From positions 17,946-81,945 of the forward strand of contig JAVBOY010000002.1 in NCBI GenBank assembly GCA_031550085.1: 64,000 nt of DNA. Reading direction: 5' to 3'. Made by a program: the position numbers and the translations under genes. The notes beneath the pieces are model-generated. The model made no database searches and was not told the origin of the DNA. It saw only the letters and a list, made by a program, of their open reading frames with translations. The DNA is from Lentimicrobiaceae bacterium. GTDB lineage: Bacteria > Bacteroidota > Bacteroidia > Bacteroidales > UBA4417. Of this stretch, positions 37,760 through 46,551 are shown piece after piece. Numbering within the stretch: position 1 is the first letter of the stretch; every line of letters starts with the position of its first letter.

Positions 37760-38496
37760 GCCAACAAAATTTGGGTAAGAATCAGGTTTGAAAAGATGAC
37801 CGCAATACTACTCCAAACAACGCCTTTGGTGCTGGCCTCGCCGACTTCCAATGCGCCGCCGCTGGTGTAAAATCCGTGGTAAGCGGATACGGATGTGACG
37901 ATAAACGCAAAGACCACGGTTTTAATGAGGGCATACCAGATGTCGTACATTTTGAAAAAGGCTTGCACGCCATATACAAACACTTCGGAAGATACCGTAT
38001 GGGTGGCCGTTCCGGCAAACCATCCTCCGCCAATGCCCAATACCATGCTCATCATGATTAAAAAAGGAAAAATCAGGATGGCGGCTACAATTTTAGGTAG
38101 AATCAAGTAAGAGGCGGGATTGATTCCCATGATTTCCAGGGCATCCACTTGCTCGGTCACGCGCATGGTGCCGAGTTCGGAGGCGATTCGGGAACCGACT
38201 TTCCCGCAAAGGATGAGGCTGATGATGGTGGGCGAAAATTCGAGGACGATGGATTGGCGTGTGGCAAATCCCACAGTATACAGGGGAATCAACGGACCAT
38301 CGATTTGAAACGCAGTTTGGATACAAACCACGGCGCCCATAAAAACCGAAATAATCGCCACAATGGCGATGGATTGCATGCCGATGTGATCGATTTCAAG
38401 CAATATTTGCCTGCGATAGATTGATTTTTTTTCAGGTTGTTTAAATACCTGCTTCATCAAAATCAAATATCGGCCAATATGGTAGAAAATCTTCAT
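37756..38496 (-). CDS. mlaE: MlaE-family ABC transporter permease
   Basis: Polytopic protein with the MlaE-like ELGTMRVTEQVDALEIMGINP motif. The ATG at 38496 is preferred to the track TTG at 38517. Confidence 0.8.
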   Translation of the reverse strand: MKIFYHIGRYLILMKQVFKQPEKKSIYRRQILLEIDHIGMQSIAIVAIISVFMGAVVCIQTAFQIDGPLIPLYTVGFATRQSIVLEFSPTIISLILCGKVGSRIASELGTMRVTEQVDALEIMGINPASYLILPKIVAAILIFPFLIMMSMVLGIGGGWFAGTATHTVSSEVFVYGVQAFFKMYDIWYALIKTVVFAFIVTSVSAYHGFYTSGGALEVGEASTKGVVWSSIAVIFSNLILTQILLA

Positions 38497-38565
38497 CGGT
38501 AACAATAATTCTTGCAAATTTGCGTATTTTTTTAACTCCGTGATCCTAAAATTGTTTTCTTTTTT

Positions 38566-38757
38566 ATGGGCGACTTTCTTATAAATAGATTAAAACATTG
38601 GTTTTCAATAAAAAACGCTTTTGTTCTCCTTTTATTATTTTCCCTGGTGTTGGGAGGGTGTATTTCATCGAATAAAAGCAAGGGGATCCAACACAAAAAA
38701 CCTTTGAATTCGAGCAGCAACCACCGTAAAATCAATAGAGACTGCGGTTGCAGTTAA
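38566..38757 (+). CDS. Possible small lipoprotein (63 aa)
   Basis: Hydrophobic h-region followed by lipobox LGGC (FSLVLGGCISSN). A small ACCGG-cataa-CCGGT hairpin with a T-run lies at about 38850-38870. Confidence 0.4.
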   Translation: MGDFLINRLKHWFSIKNAFVLLLLFSLVLGGCISSNKSKGIQHKKPLNSSSNHRKINRDCGCS

Positions 38758-38895
38758 TTTCGGCGTATCTTCCTTTCCATCCGGGCGAAATTACTTGCAT
38801 TACTTGAGGTCGTGCCTGATGTTTTAGCGATAGCCTCGTTATTATATTTACCGGCATAAACCGGTTTTTCCAATTATAAAATGTACTTGCCACCC

Positions 38896-38930
38896 AAAAA
38901 CAAAGAGGCTCCCGCTCCGGAAGCCTCTTT
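38896..38930 (-). terminator. Intrinsic terminator downstream of floA
   Basis: AAAGAGGCT at 38902-38910 pairs with AGCCTCTTT at 38922-38930. The minus strand then reads TGTTTTT. Confidence 0.7.
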
Positions 38931-38959
38931 TGCTTGTGCAAGAGATTTTAACCACTTGC

Positions 38960-39961
38960 TTAATGGGATGTCAAATCCGTTCCTTTGGGATTTTGTTGTT
39001 TCGGATGCGGATCGGCAATGGATTCGCGCATTTTGGTATCGGCCTGGATGTTTTGGAATTTGTAGTAATCCATCACACCCAAATTTCCGTTGCGGAATGC
39101 ATCAGCCAGTGCCTTAGGAATTTCAGCTTCAGCCAAAATAACCTGGGCGCGGGCTTCCTGCGCTTTGGCCTTCATTTCTTGTTCTACAGCTATCGCCATG
39201 GCGCGGCGTTCTTCCGCTTTGGCCTGGGCAATGTTCTTATCGGCATTGGCCTGATCTATTTGCAAATAAGCGCCGATGTTTTTACCCACATCGATATCGG
39301 CAATGTCAATGGAAAGCAACTCGAAAGCGGTCCCGTTATCCAATCCTTTGGATAACACCAACTTCGAAATCGAATCCGGATTTTCCAACACCGCTTTATG
39401 CGAATTTGCCGAACCGATCGAGGAAACGATGCCTTCGCCGACCCGTGCCAGAATGGTTTCTTCACCGGCTCCCCCTACCAACTGCTTGATGTTGGCGCGA
39501 ACCGTAACACGGGCTTTCGCAATCAACTGGATCCCGTCTTTTGCAACAGCAGCAACCGGCGGTGTATCAATGACTTTGGGATTTACTGACATCTGTACGG
39601 CTTGAAATACATCGCGACCGGCCAAATCAATAGCTGTGGCAGCTTTAAAATCAAGCGAAATATTTGCCTTATCGGCTGATATCAAGGCATTCACAACCGA
39701 TTTCACATGGCCGCCTGCCAGATAATGCGCTTCCAATTGATCGCGCGAAAGCGAAATTCCTGCTTTGGTGGCATTGATCATGGCCGTAACGATGACCGAA
39801 GGCGGAACTTTACGCCAACGCATAAAAATAAGTTGAACAAGCGACACGCGAACGCCCGACAACAAAGCCGTAAACCAAAGGCCTACGGGAACAAAATAAA
39901 GAATAATCCACAGCGCAATAAGTGAAACTACTCCAATAATAATAAATCCGGCTGGTTGCAT
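38960..39961 (-). CDS. floA: Flotillin-like protein FloA (UPF0365/YqfA family)
   Basis: N-terminal TM then ...[14 protein letters not shown]...[20 protein letters not shown]...; 333 aa. Paired with an NfeD gene. Confidence 0.88.
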   Translation of the reverse strand: MQPAGFIIIGVVSLIALWIILYFVPVGLWFTALLSGVRVSLVQLIFMRWRKVPPSVIVTAMINATKAGISLSRDQLEAHYLAGGHVKSVVNALISADKANISLDFKAATAIDLAGRDVFQAVQMSVNPKVIDTPPVAAVAKDGIQLIAKARVTVRANIKQLVGGAGEETILARVGEGIVSSIGSANSHKAVLENPDSISKLVLSKGLDNGTAFELLSIDIADIDVGKNIGAYLQIDQANADKNIAQAKAEERRAMAIAVEQEMKAKAQEARAQVILAEAEIPKALADAFRNGNLGVMDYYKFQNIQADTKMRESIADPHPKQQNPKGTDLTSH

Positions 39962-39965
39962 AAAT

Positions 39966-40433
39966 TTATGATTTTAGTTTTACAAATATTTTATGGTCTG
40001 AAATTTCAATAATCTCGATTTCACGTTGCTGGTCGATAAAGTCGCCATAGGTTTGTACTTCCACCATTTCATCTTCGAATTGAGCCTTGCCTGCGGGAGC
40101 CAAACGTGAAATACTTAATCCGGTATCACCGACTTTCAACTTGTCGGTATCAATCACATTTACTTTGCCGTCGAGCACGGTTTTTACCGACATACGTTTC
40201 CAGGTGCCGGACCGGAAAGCCAGCCAAACGGTCAATACGGCTAAAACAATCGTTGACCCGAGCACTATGTGACCGGCTGTGGATCCGTAAACCGAATATG
40301 CTTGCCAGATAGCCACTCCCAATGCCGAAAAGCCCAAAATACCGACTACCGTGGAACCGGGAATTACCAACACTTCCAGCAGCAAACATAGCAAACCGAC
40401 CAGAATCAACAATATTATTAAAGTCAATGACAT
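39966..40433 (-). CDS. NfeD-family membrane protein
   Basis: 155 aa with three N-terminal TM segments and a C-terminal OB-like domain ([20 protein letters not shown]). Located immediately upstream of floA. Confidence 0.8.
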   Translation of the reverse strand: MSLTLIILLILVGLLCLLLEVLVIPGSTVVGILGFSALGVAIWQAYSVYGSTAGHIVLGSTIVLAVLTVWLAFRSGTWKRMSVKTVLDGKVNVIDTDKLKVGDTGLSISRLAPAGKAQFEDEMVEVQTYGDFIDQQREIEIIEISDHKIFVKLKS

Positions 40434-40574
40434 CGTAAAAAGATATTTTAAAGTGCTAAAGTAGTACTTTTTTCAAGCAACTCACTTTTTTTGACTTCAA
40501 AAAAATTAACTTTGGCGCCTATTTTCTGTTTATATCACAATTAGAGATATTCACTATTTTTCTATTTCAACCGT

Positions 40575-41855
40575 ATGGAACTCTGGATCGTTTTGGTTTT
40601 CGTTTTAGGCTACGCTGCTATTGCCTTCGAACATTGGATAAAAATAAACAAAGCTGCTTCGGCATTGATTGCCGCCATTTTTTGCTGGGCCATTTATATT
40701 TTATCCGTCCCGCAAAGCAATACAAGTATTGACGGTGTGTTGGGACAGCTGATCGCCCATCTGGGCGATATCTCCAGTATCCTGGTTTTCTTGCTTGGCG
40801 CCATGACCATTGTGGAATTGGTCGACCTGCATAATGGCTTCCAGATCGTTACTTCCAAAATAAAGGCTACCAGCAAACGAAGGCTGTTGTGGATCGTCAG
40901 TATCCTCACGTTTCTGCTTTCGTCGGTATTGGACAACTTGACGACCACCATCGTGCTGATTTCGTTGCTGCGGAAATTGGTTTCAGACAAAAACGACCGC
41001 CTATTATTTGCGAGCATGGTAGTTATTGCAGCGAATGCGGGAGGAGCCTGGACGGTGATCGGCGATGTAACCACCACCATGCTTTGGATCGGCAAACAAA
41101 TTTCGACCGTAAACATCATGCTGCATATGTTTATTCCGTCTGTGATCTGTTTGGTCGTTCCGCTCACAGCCGTTTCGTTCACGTTGAAAGGAAATGTTGC
41201 AACGCCAGAAAAAGCTTTGGTTCCGGATAGCCGGAAAATTTCCACCCGGCGGAGCAATACGGTGTTCTTTATCGGAATCGGAGCATTACTCTTTGTACCT
41301 ATTTTCAAAAGCATTACCCATCTGCATCCGTTTATGGGAATTTTACTGGGGATGAGCCTTTTGTGGATTTACACGGAATTAAGCTACCGCAACGAATCGC
41401 AGGATTTCCGGGAACATTTTGGAATCACCCATGCATTGCGCCGTGTGGAATTGTCGAGTATTTTATTCTTTTTAGGAATTCTGCTTTGCATTGCCTGTTT
41501 GGAAAGCACTGAAATTTTAAGGCATACCGCCGAATGGCTGGACAAAACCGTTCACAATCAAAATATGATCGTGATGACTATTGGGCTGGCATCGGCTATT
41601 ATCGATAACGTGCCGTTGGTTGCCGCAGCGCAAGGCATGTATTCTTTCCCGATGGACCATTATTTCTGGCTGTTTTTGGCTTATTGCGCCGGAACAGGCG
41701 GTTCCATCCTGATTATCGGGTCGGCAGCCGGAGTTGCCGCCATGGGTATGGAGAAAATCAATTTTATGTGGTATTTGAAAAAAATCAGCTTTTACGCCCT
41801 GCTGGGCTATTTTGCCGGCGCTTTTGCCTATATCGGGCTTTCGATGTTGTTTTAG
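40575..41855 (+). CDS. nhaD: NhaD-family Na+/H+ antiporter
   Basis: 426-aa polytopic protein. Has the SSVLDNLTTT and AIIDNVPLVAA motifs of the NhaD / ArsB-type ion transporter superfamily. Confidence 0.8.
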   Translation: MELWIVLVFVLGYAAIAFEHWIKINKAASALIAAIFCWAIYILSVPQSNTSIDGVLGQLIAHLGDISSILVFLLGAMTIVELVDLHNGFQIVTSKIKATSKRRLLWIVSILTFLLSSVLDNLTTTIVLISLLRKLVSDKNDRLLFASMVVIAANAGGAWTVIGDVTTTMLWIGKQISTVNIMLHMFIPSVICLVVPLTAVSFTLKGNVATPEKALVPDSRKISTRRSNTVFFIGIGALLFVPIFKSITHLHPFMGILLGMSLLWIYTELSYRNESQDFREHFGITHALRRVELSSILFFLGILLCIACLESTEILRHTAEWLDKTVHNQNMIVMTIGLASAIIDNVPLVAAAQGMYSFPMDHYFWLFLAYCAGTGGSILIIGSAAGVAAMGMEKINFMWYLKKISFYALLGYFAGAFAYIGLSMLF

Positions 41856-41900
41856 CGGAAATAAAAAAGCACTTACTTTTGCCTTACAAAAAATAGATTT

Positions 41901-42752
41901 ATGAACTTTTTGGTTACCGGTAGCCAGGGCCAGTTAGGCCGCGAATTGCAGAGATTGGCGCCCCGATTTCCGCAACATTCGTTTGTATTTACCGATGTGA
42001 GCGAGTTGGACATCACCTGCGAAGCAGACGTTCAGGCTTTTTTTTCGGAACAAACATTCGACGTCCTTCTCAACTGTGCGGCCTATACTGCTGTTGACAA
42101 GGCCGAAACCGAACGGGAAGCGGCTTTTAAAATCAATGTCGTGGGTGTCCGGAACCTGGCCCAGGCGGCAGCACAACACAACTGCCTGCTGATTCACATC
42201 TCAACAGATTATGTATTCGATGGAGCTCATTCTAAACCCTATACCGAATCGGACCTTACCCATCCCATGGGCTATTACGGATTGACCAAGCTGGAAGGGG
42301 AAAAAGCCGTGCTTGAACAGGGGCCGTGCGCAGTGATTCTCCGTACTTCGTGGTTGTATTCTTCGTTCGGGAGTAATTTTGTAAAAACCATCACCCAAAA
42401 CGCCCGGGAACGGGGTGTATTGAAGGTCGTTTTCGATCAAATCGGATGCCCCACTTATGCAGGCGATTTGGCGGAAGTAATTTTGCATATTGCTCAAAAC
42501 TACAACCGGAATGCCTGTGAAATCTACCATTATACCAATGAAGGCGTGGCTTCGTGGTACGATTTTGCGTTTGAAATCGTTTCGTTGCAAAACATTCCCT
42601 GTACACTGACACCCGTTACCACCGGGGAATACCCGACACCTGCCGAGCGGCCGCATTACAGCGTTTTCGACAAATCGAAAATCAAAACCGACTTTGGAAT
42701 CCGGATTCCGCATTGGCGCGAAAGCCTAAAGAAATGCCTTTCTGGAGAATAA
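41901..42752 (+). CDS. rfbD: dTDP-4-dehydrorhamnose reductase
   Basis: MNFLVTGSQGQLGREL, STDYVFDG and YGLTKLEGE (YxxxK) motifs; 283 aa. Confidence 0.9.
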   Translation: MNFLVTGSQGQLGRELQRLAPRFPQHSFVFTDVSELDITCEADVQAFFSEQTFDVLLNCAAYTAVDKAETEREAAFKINVVGVRNLAQAAAQHNCLLIHISTDYVFDGAHSKPYTESDLTHPMGYYGLTKLEGEKAVLEQGPCAVILRTSWLYSSFGSNFVKTITQNARERGVLKVVFDQIGCPTYAGDLAEVILHIAQNYNRNACEIYHYTNEGVASWYDFAFEIVSLQNIPCTLTPVTTGEYPTPAERPHYSVFDKSKIKTDFGIRIPHWRESLKKCLSGE

Positions 42753-42840
42753 TCCCGGACAAACGTGGAAAAGCGGCAAGGCGCCTCCCCGAAATAAAAA
42801 AACAGGGCTGCGTGTTCCAAATCGCACAGAATGTGTAATT

Positions 42841-43914
42841 TTGTGCACTATTTTGATTGACCAATTCGTTTACCCATTGAACCTGAACCCTACCTCTATT
42901 ACCCGGCTGAAACAATTGTGGGAAGAATCTTCCGACACATTGATTGTAACGCATTACAATCCCGACGGGGATGCGATCGGTTCGGCGCTGGCCCTGTTTC
43001 ATTTATTGACCAACATGGGAAAATCGGCAAAAGTGATGATCCCCAATGAATTACCGGACTTTTTAAAATGGTTGCCCGGAAGCGAACAGGTATTTGTTTA
43101 TCAGCAAGATCCCAATCAGGGGGATGTGTTGCTGGAAAATGCCGAGGTGATTGTTTGCCTGGATTTCAATACGTTTTCACGGGTAAAACTTTTCACTGAA
43201 AAACTGGCCTCGGCAAAAGGAAAACGGGTGTTGATCGATCACCACACCCAACCGGACCGGGATTTTGAAGTGATTTTTTCGGAAATAGAGGTTTCATCTA
43301 CTTCCGAATTGCTGTATGATCTTATTAAAAAGGCGGATTTATTGTCCTTTACCGATCAAAACTTTGCTTATTGTATTTACGTGGGCGTAATGACCGATAC
43401 GGGGTCTTACAGTTTTTCGTGCAACCGCCCTGACACTTATCATATTACAGCAGAACTGCTTCATTTGGGAGTGGATGCGGAAAAAGCGCACCGCCTGGTT
43501 TACGATACGTATACCGAGCAACGCATGCGGCTGCTGGGCTTTTGCCTGAGCGAACGCCTCAAAGTGTTTCCCGAATACAGTACGGCTTACATTTGGCTGA
43601 CGAAGGAGGATCTGAATAAATTCAATTACCAGCAAGGGGACACGGAAGGCATTGTAAATTACGCCCTGAGTATCCAGAATATTACCATGGGAGCTTTGTT
43701 CACCGAACGGGACGACCGCATCCGGATTTCCCTGCGCTCGAAAGGAGAGTTTTCGGTCAATGAGCTGGCACGCATTCATTTCCAAGGAGGCGGCCATAAA
43801 AATGCGGCCGGAGCGGATTCCAATCTGACCATGCATGAAACCTTGCAAAAATTTGAGGGGTTATTGGAGGGGTATCAGTCGGACTTAGAAAAAAATCGAA
43901 TAAATACGTTATGA
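42841..43914 (+). CDS. nrnA: DHH/DHHA1 phosphoesterase, NrnA-like (oligoribonuclease / pAp phosphatase)
   Basis: HYNPDGDAIGS, LIDHHTQPD and GGGHKNAAG motifs. The start codon is uncertain (TTG at 42841; there is no early in-frame ATG). Confidence 0.8.
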   Translation: MCTILIDQFVYPLNLNPTSITRLKQLWEESSDTLIVTHYNPDGDAIGSALALFHLLTNMGKSAKVMIPNELPDFLKWLPGSEQVFVYQQDPNQGDVLLENAEVIVCLDFNTFSRVKLFTEKLASAKGKRVLIDHHTQPDRDFEVIFSEIEVSSTSELLYDLIKKADLLSFTDQNFAYCIYVGVMTDTGSYSFSCNRPDTYHITAELLHLGVDAEKAHRLVYDTYTEQRMRLLGFCLSERLKVFPEYSTAYIWLTKEDLNKFNYQQGDTEGIVNYALSIQNITMGALFTERDDRIRISLRSKGEFSVNELARIHFQGGGHKNAAGADSNLTMHETLQKFEGLLEGYQSDLEKNRINTL

Positions 43915-44441
43915 GGTTCAACGGTTGTTGGTTGGTTCTTCCGGTATTTGTTTTATTGCTTTCCTGCAACGAGACCCAACCGCCTTCTGCCCCGCCGGAA
44001 ATGCCGATGCAAGAGGTAGAAAAATCGTTGGAAACGACGAACAAAAAGGCGGTTCAAACGGAAGACCAACGCATCGACGATTTTATTCAACGGTACAAGT
44101 GGCCGGTTACAAAAACGCCGACGGGTTTGCGCTATTGGATTTACAAACAGGGAACCGGCGAAGCGGCAACATTCGGAAAAACGGTTACGTTGAATTATGA
44201 AACGCGTCTGTTGACGAATGCGTTGATTTATTCATCGAAAGAAGACGGGCCGAAAGAGTTCAAAGTCGGTTCTGGAGGCGTTGAAGCGGGTTTGGAAGAG
44301 GTGATCCTGCTGTTACGGGTGGGTGATAAGGCGAAATTGGTGCTTCCCTCCTATCTGGCGTTCGGGAATACGGGCGACAACGACCGGATCACAGCAAAGG
44401 TCAGTTTGGTTTACGATATTGAATTAATAAAAGTGCAATAA
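43911..44441 (+). CDS. FKBP-type peptidyl-prolyl isomerase lipoprotein
   Basis: Lipobox LLLSC and one FKBP domain. The ATGA overlap with the nrnA-like stop indicates an operon. Confidence 0.85.
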   Translation: MRFNGCWLVLPVFVLLLSCNETQPPSAPPEMPMQEVEKSLETTNKKAVQTEDQRIDDFIQRYKWPVTKTPTGLRYWIYKQGTGEAATFGKTVTLNYETRLLTNALIYSSKEDGPKEFKVGSGGVEAGLEEVILLLRVGDKAKLVLPSYLAFGNTGDNDRITAKVSLVYDIELIKVQ

Positions 44442-44475
44442 TCCATTAATAATTATTTTTTTTAGAACCTGATTT

Positions 44476-45819
44476 ATGAATAAAAAAATCTTTATCCTTT
44501 TCGCGGTTGCTGCTTTTGCAATCGCGTCGTTTACTTCCTGCGGAAAATATCCGGGGTATAAGAAAACCGACGACGGGGTTTATTACAAATTCCACCACAA
44601 AAGCGGCGACACCTTGATGCCACGCGAAAAAAGCCTGCTGACCCTCAATATAAAATACCACACGAAGATCAAAGGTGTTGACTCGTTGATTTTCAATTCG
44701 GCACACAACCCCACGCCTTTCGTGATCGGGTTTCATAAAACCGATGTAAAAGGGGATATTTTCTCTGCATTGGCCCTGATGCACAAAGGAGATAGCGCCA
44801 CATTTTTGTTGAATGCAGGGACTTTCTTTACAAAAACTGTGGGACAACCCACGCCTCCGGATATCGACAGCAACGGGATGATTTATTTCGACATAAAAAT
44901 GCTGGATATCCAAACGCCGGAAATGTTGCAAAAGAAAGCGGACGAAGCCCGTGCGCATGAATCTGTCATTATTTCGGATTATGTAAAAGCAAACAACTTC
45001 ACTTCCCAACCCGATACCAACGGAATTTACATCGTTGTAGAAAAAGAAGGAACAGGTGCAAAATTGCAAAACGGGATGATCGGTTTTGTACATTTGACGA
45101 TTTCGCTTGCCAATGGCAAAGAATTGTTTTCTACGATCGAACAGCAACGCGACCCGATTCCGTTCGAATACGGAAAGCCTTTCGATACCAGAGGTTTTGG
45201 GATCATTACAACCGATATGAAAATCGGAACCAAATTGAAAGCGTTGATTCCTTCAGCCTTTGCATTTGGCGACGAAGGCCGCAGGGATATGATGAACAAC
45301 GAAGTCGTTCCTGCTTTTTCACCCATCGTGTATGAAATCGAGTTGATGAGTGCAAAGACAAAAGCTGCCTACGATAAGGAATTGGCCGATAAGAAGAGCA
45401 AAGCGGAAGAAGATGCAAAAAAGGCAAAAACCGACGAGGCCGCAAAAATCAGCCAATATGTAAAAAGCAATAATATTTCGGTGACACCGACAGCCAGCGG
45501 TTTGTATTATATTGAAACCCAAAAAGGAAGCGGCGCCAAAGCTGAAAAAGGGAAAAAAGTACAAGTCAATTACAAAGGATATTTATTTGACGGTCAAGTT
45601 TTTGACCAATCCAAAGGAAAGCCGATCGAATTTATGTTGGGCCAAGGTAGCGTCATTCGGGGTTGGGATGAAGCCATTTCCATGATGTCCGAAGGCGGAA
45701 AGGCCAAATTGATTATTCCTTCTGCATTGGCTTATGGCCCTGATGGTTCCCCGGGATCGCTCATTACACCCTACTGTCCGCTGGTTTTTGAAGTGGAACT
45801 GGTTAAGGTTGTACAATAA
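44476..45819 (+). CDS. Multi-domain FKBP-type peptidyl-prolyl isomerase lipoprotein
   Basis: Lipobox FTSC and a Lys/Ala/Glu-rich linker. The C-terminal canonical FKBP domain reads GSVIRGWDEAISMMSEGGKAKLIIPSALAYG. Confidence 0.85.
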   Translation: MNKKIFILFAVAAFAIASFTSCGKYPGYKKTDDGVYYKFHHKSGDTLMPREKSLLTLNIKYHTKIKGVDSLIFNSAHNPTPFVIGFHKTDVKGDIFSALALMHKGDSATFLLNAGTFFTKTVGQPTPPDIDSNGMIYFDIKMLDIQTPEMLQKKADEARAHESVIISDYVKANNFTSQPDTNGIYIVVEKEGTGAKLQNGMIGFVHLTISLANGKELFSTIEQQRDPIPFEYGKPFDTRGFGIITTDMKIGTKLKALIPSAFAFGDEGRRDMMNNEVVPAFSPIVYEIELMSAKTKAAYDKELADKKSKAEEDAKKAKTDEAAKISQYVKSNNISVTPTASGLYYIETQKGSGAKAEKGKKVQVNYKGYLFDGQVFDQSKGKPIEFMLGQGSVIRGWDEAISMMSEGGKAKLIIPSALAYGPDGSPGSLITPYCPLVFEVELVKVVQ

Positions 45820-45877
45820 TTAAGACGTTCTAAAAAATTAGGTCCGGAAAGGATCGCTATTTTTACCTTGTATTTTT

Positions 45878-45916
45878 CGGCGGGATTCGATTAAAACGAA
45901 TCCCGCCGATTTTTTT
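45878..45916 (+). terminator. Intrinsic terminator after the FKBP operon
   Basis: CGGCGGGATTCG at 45878-45889 pairs with CGAATCCCGCCG at 45897-45908, followed by aTTTTTTT. Confidence 0.8.
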
Positions 45917-46179
45917 CCAGCCTATCCCCTGTTCATTTAAATGGACTTAAGAATTTGTACGCACCAAGCCCAACAAGCTCCTGCTTCTTTGCACTTACTT
46001 ATTCTGGAAGCTTGTTTACGGTCGATATTTTGTGCTGCATTCCCCAGAATGACAATCAACGTATTCTGCAAACACCACGTTGGACGAAATCCGGAAATTC
46101 CAAAGAAGCGCTAAGGAGGCTTGGGCTTTTTTGTCTCCTTTTCAAACAGGGCAAAGACGGATTGGGGGTGTATCGACAT

Positions 46180-46364
46180 CCTCCCGGAAAAGCACCTTTT
46201 CACTTCCCGGATAAAGACCTTTTACCTTCCCGGATAAAGATCTTTTACTTTCCCGGATAAAGACCTTTTATCTTCCCGGATAAAGACCCTTTATCTTCCC
46301 GGATAAAGACCTTTTATCTTACCGGATAAAGAGCTTTTATCTTACCGGGTAAAAAGTTCTTCCT
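46180..46364. repeat. 23-bp tandem direct repeat, 8 units (consensus about CTTCCCGGATAAAGACCTTTTAT)
   Basis: TCCCGG or its variant TACCGG recurs at 46182, 46205, 46228, 46251, 46274, 46297, 46320 and 46343, an exact 23-nt period. The outer units are degenerate. Confidence 0.9.
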
Positions 46365-46500
46365 CACAACTCAGCCCTTAGGCCCGAAGTTTCAGGCAAA
46401 ACAAGAGGCTGCTCTTTTTAAACAACGCTTTTTGTCGTATGCAAGATTATTTTTTCACATGCAAAGTATTATGCATAATTTTTTCATCCGGGACTAAAAA

Positions 46501-46525
46501 CAAAAAGCCGCCCCAAAGGAGCAGC
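46501..46525 (-). terminator. Probable intrinsic terminator downstream of the giant T9SS gene
   Basis: The minus-strand RNA reads GCUGCUCC-UUU-GGGGCGGC (8 pairs including 2 G-U) followed by UUUUUG. It lies 27 nt after the stop codon. Confidence 0.55.
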
Positions 46526-46551
46526 TTTTTGCTGAAAAAAACGAATTACAC

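Noticed and set aside
45966-46133. Candidate sRNA: AAGCCCAA..CTCCT near 45966 is partly complementary to AGGAGGCTTGGGCTT at 46114-46128, which is followed by TTTTTT
   Set aside because: The pairing is long-range (about 150 nt) and imperfect. I found no promoter box upstream and no local terminator stem, so the evidence is too weak to call.
45955-46260. 101-aa ORF spanning the start of the 23-bp tandem repeat
   Set aside because: Its C-terminal part is just the translated repeat (PFHFPDKDLLPSRIKIFYFPG). The rest has no features, and it lies between two terminators.
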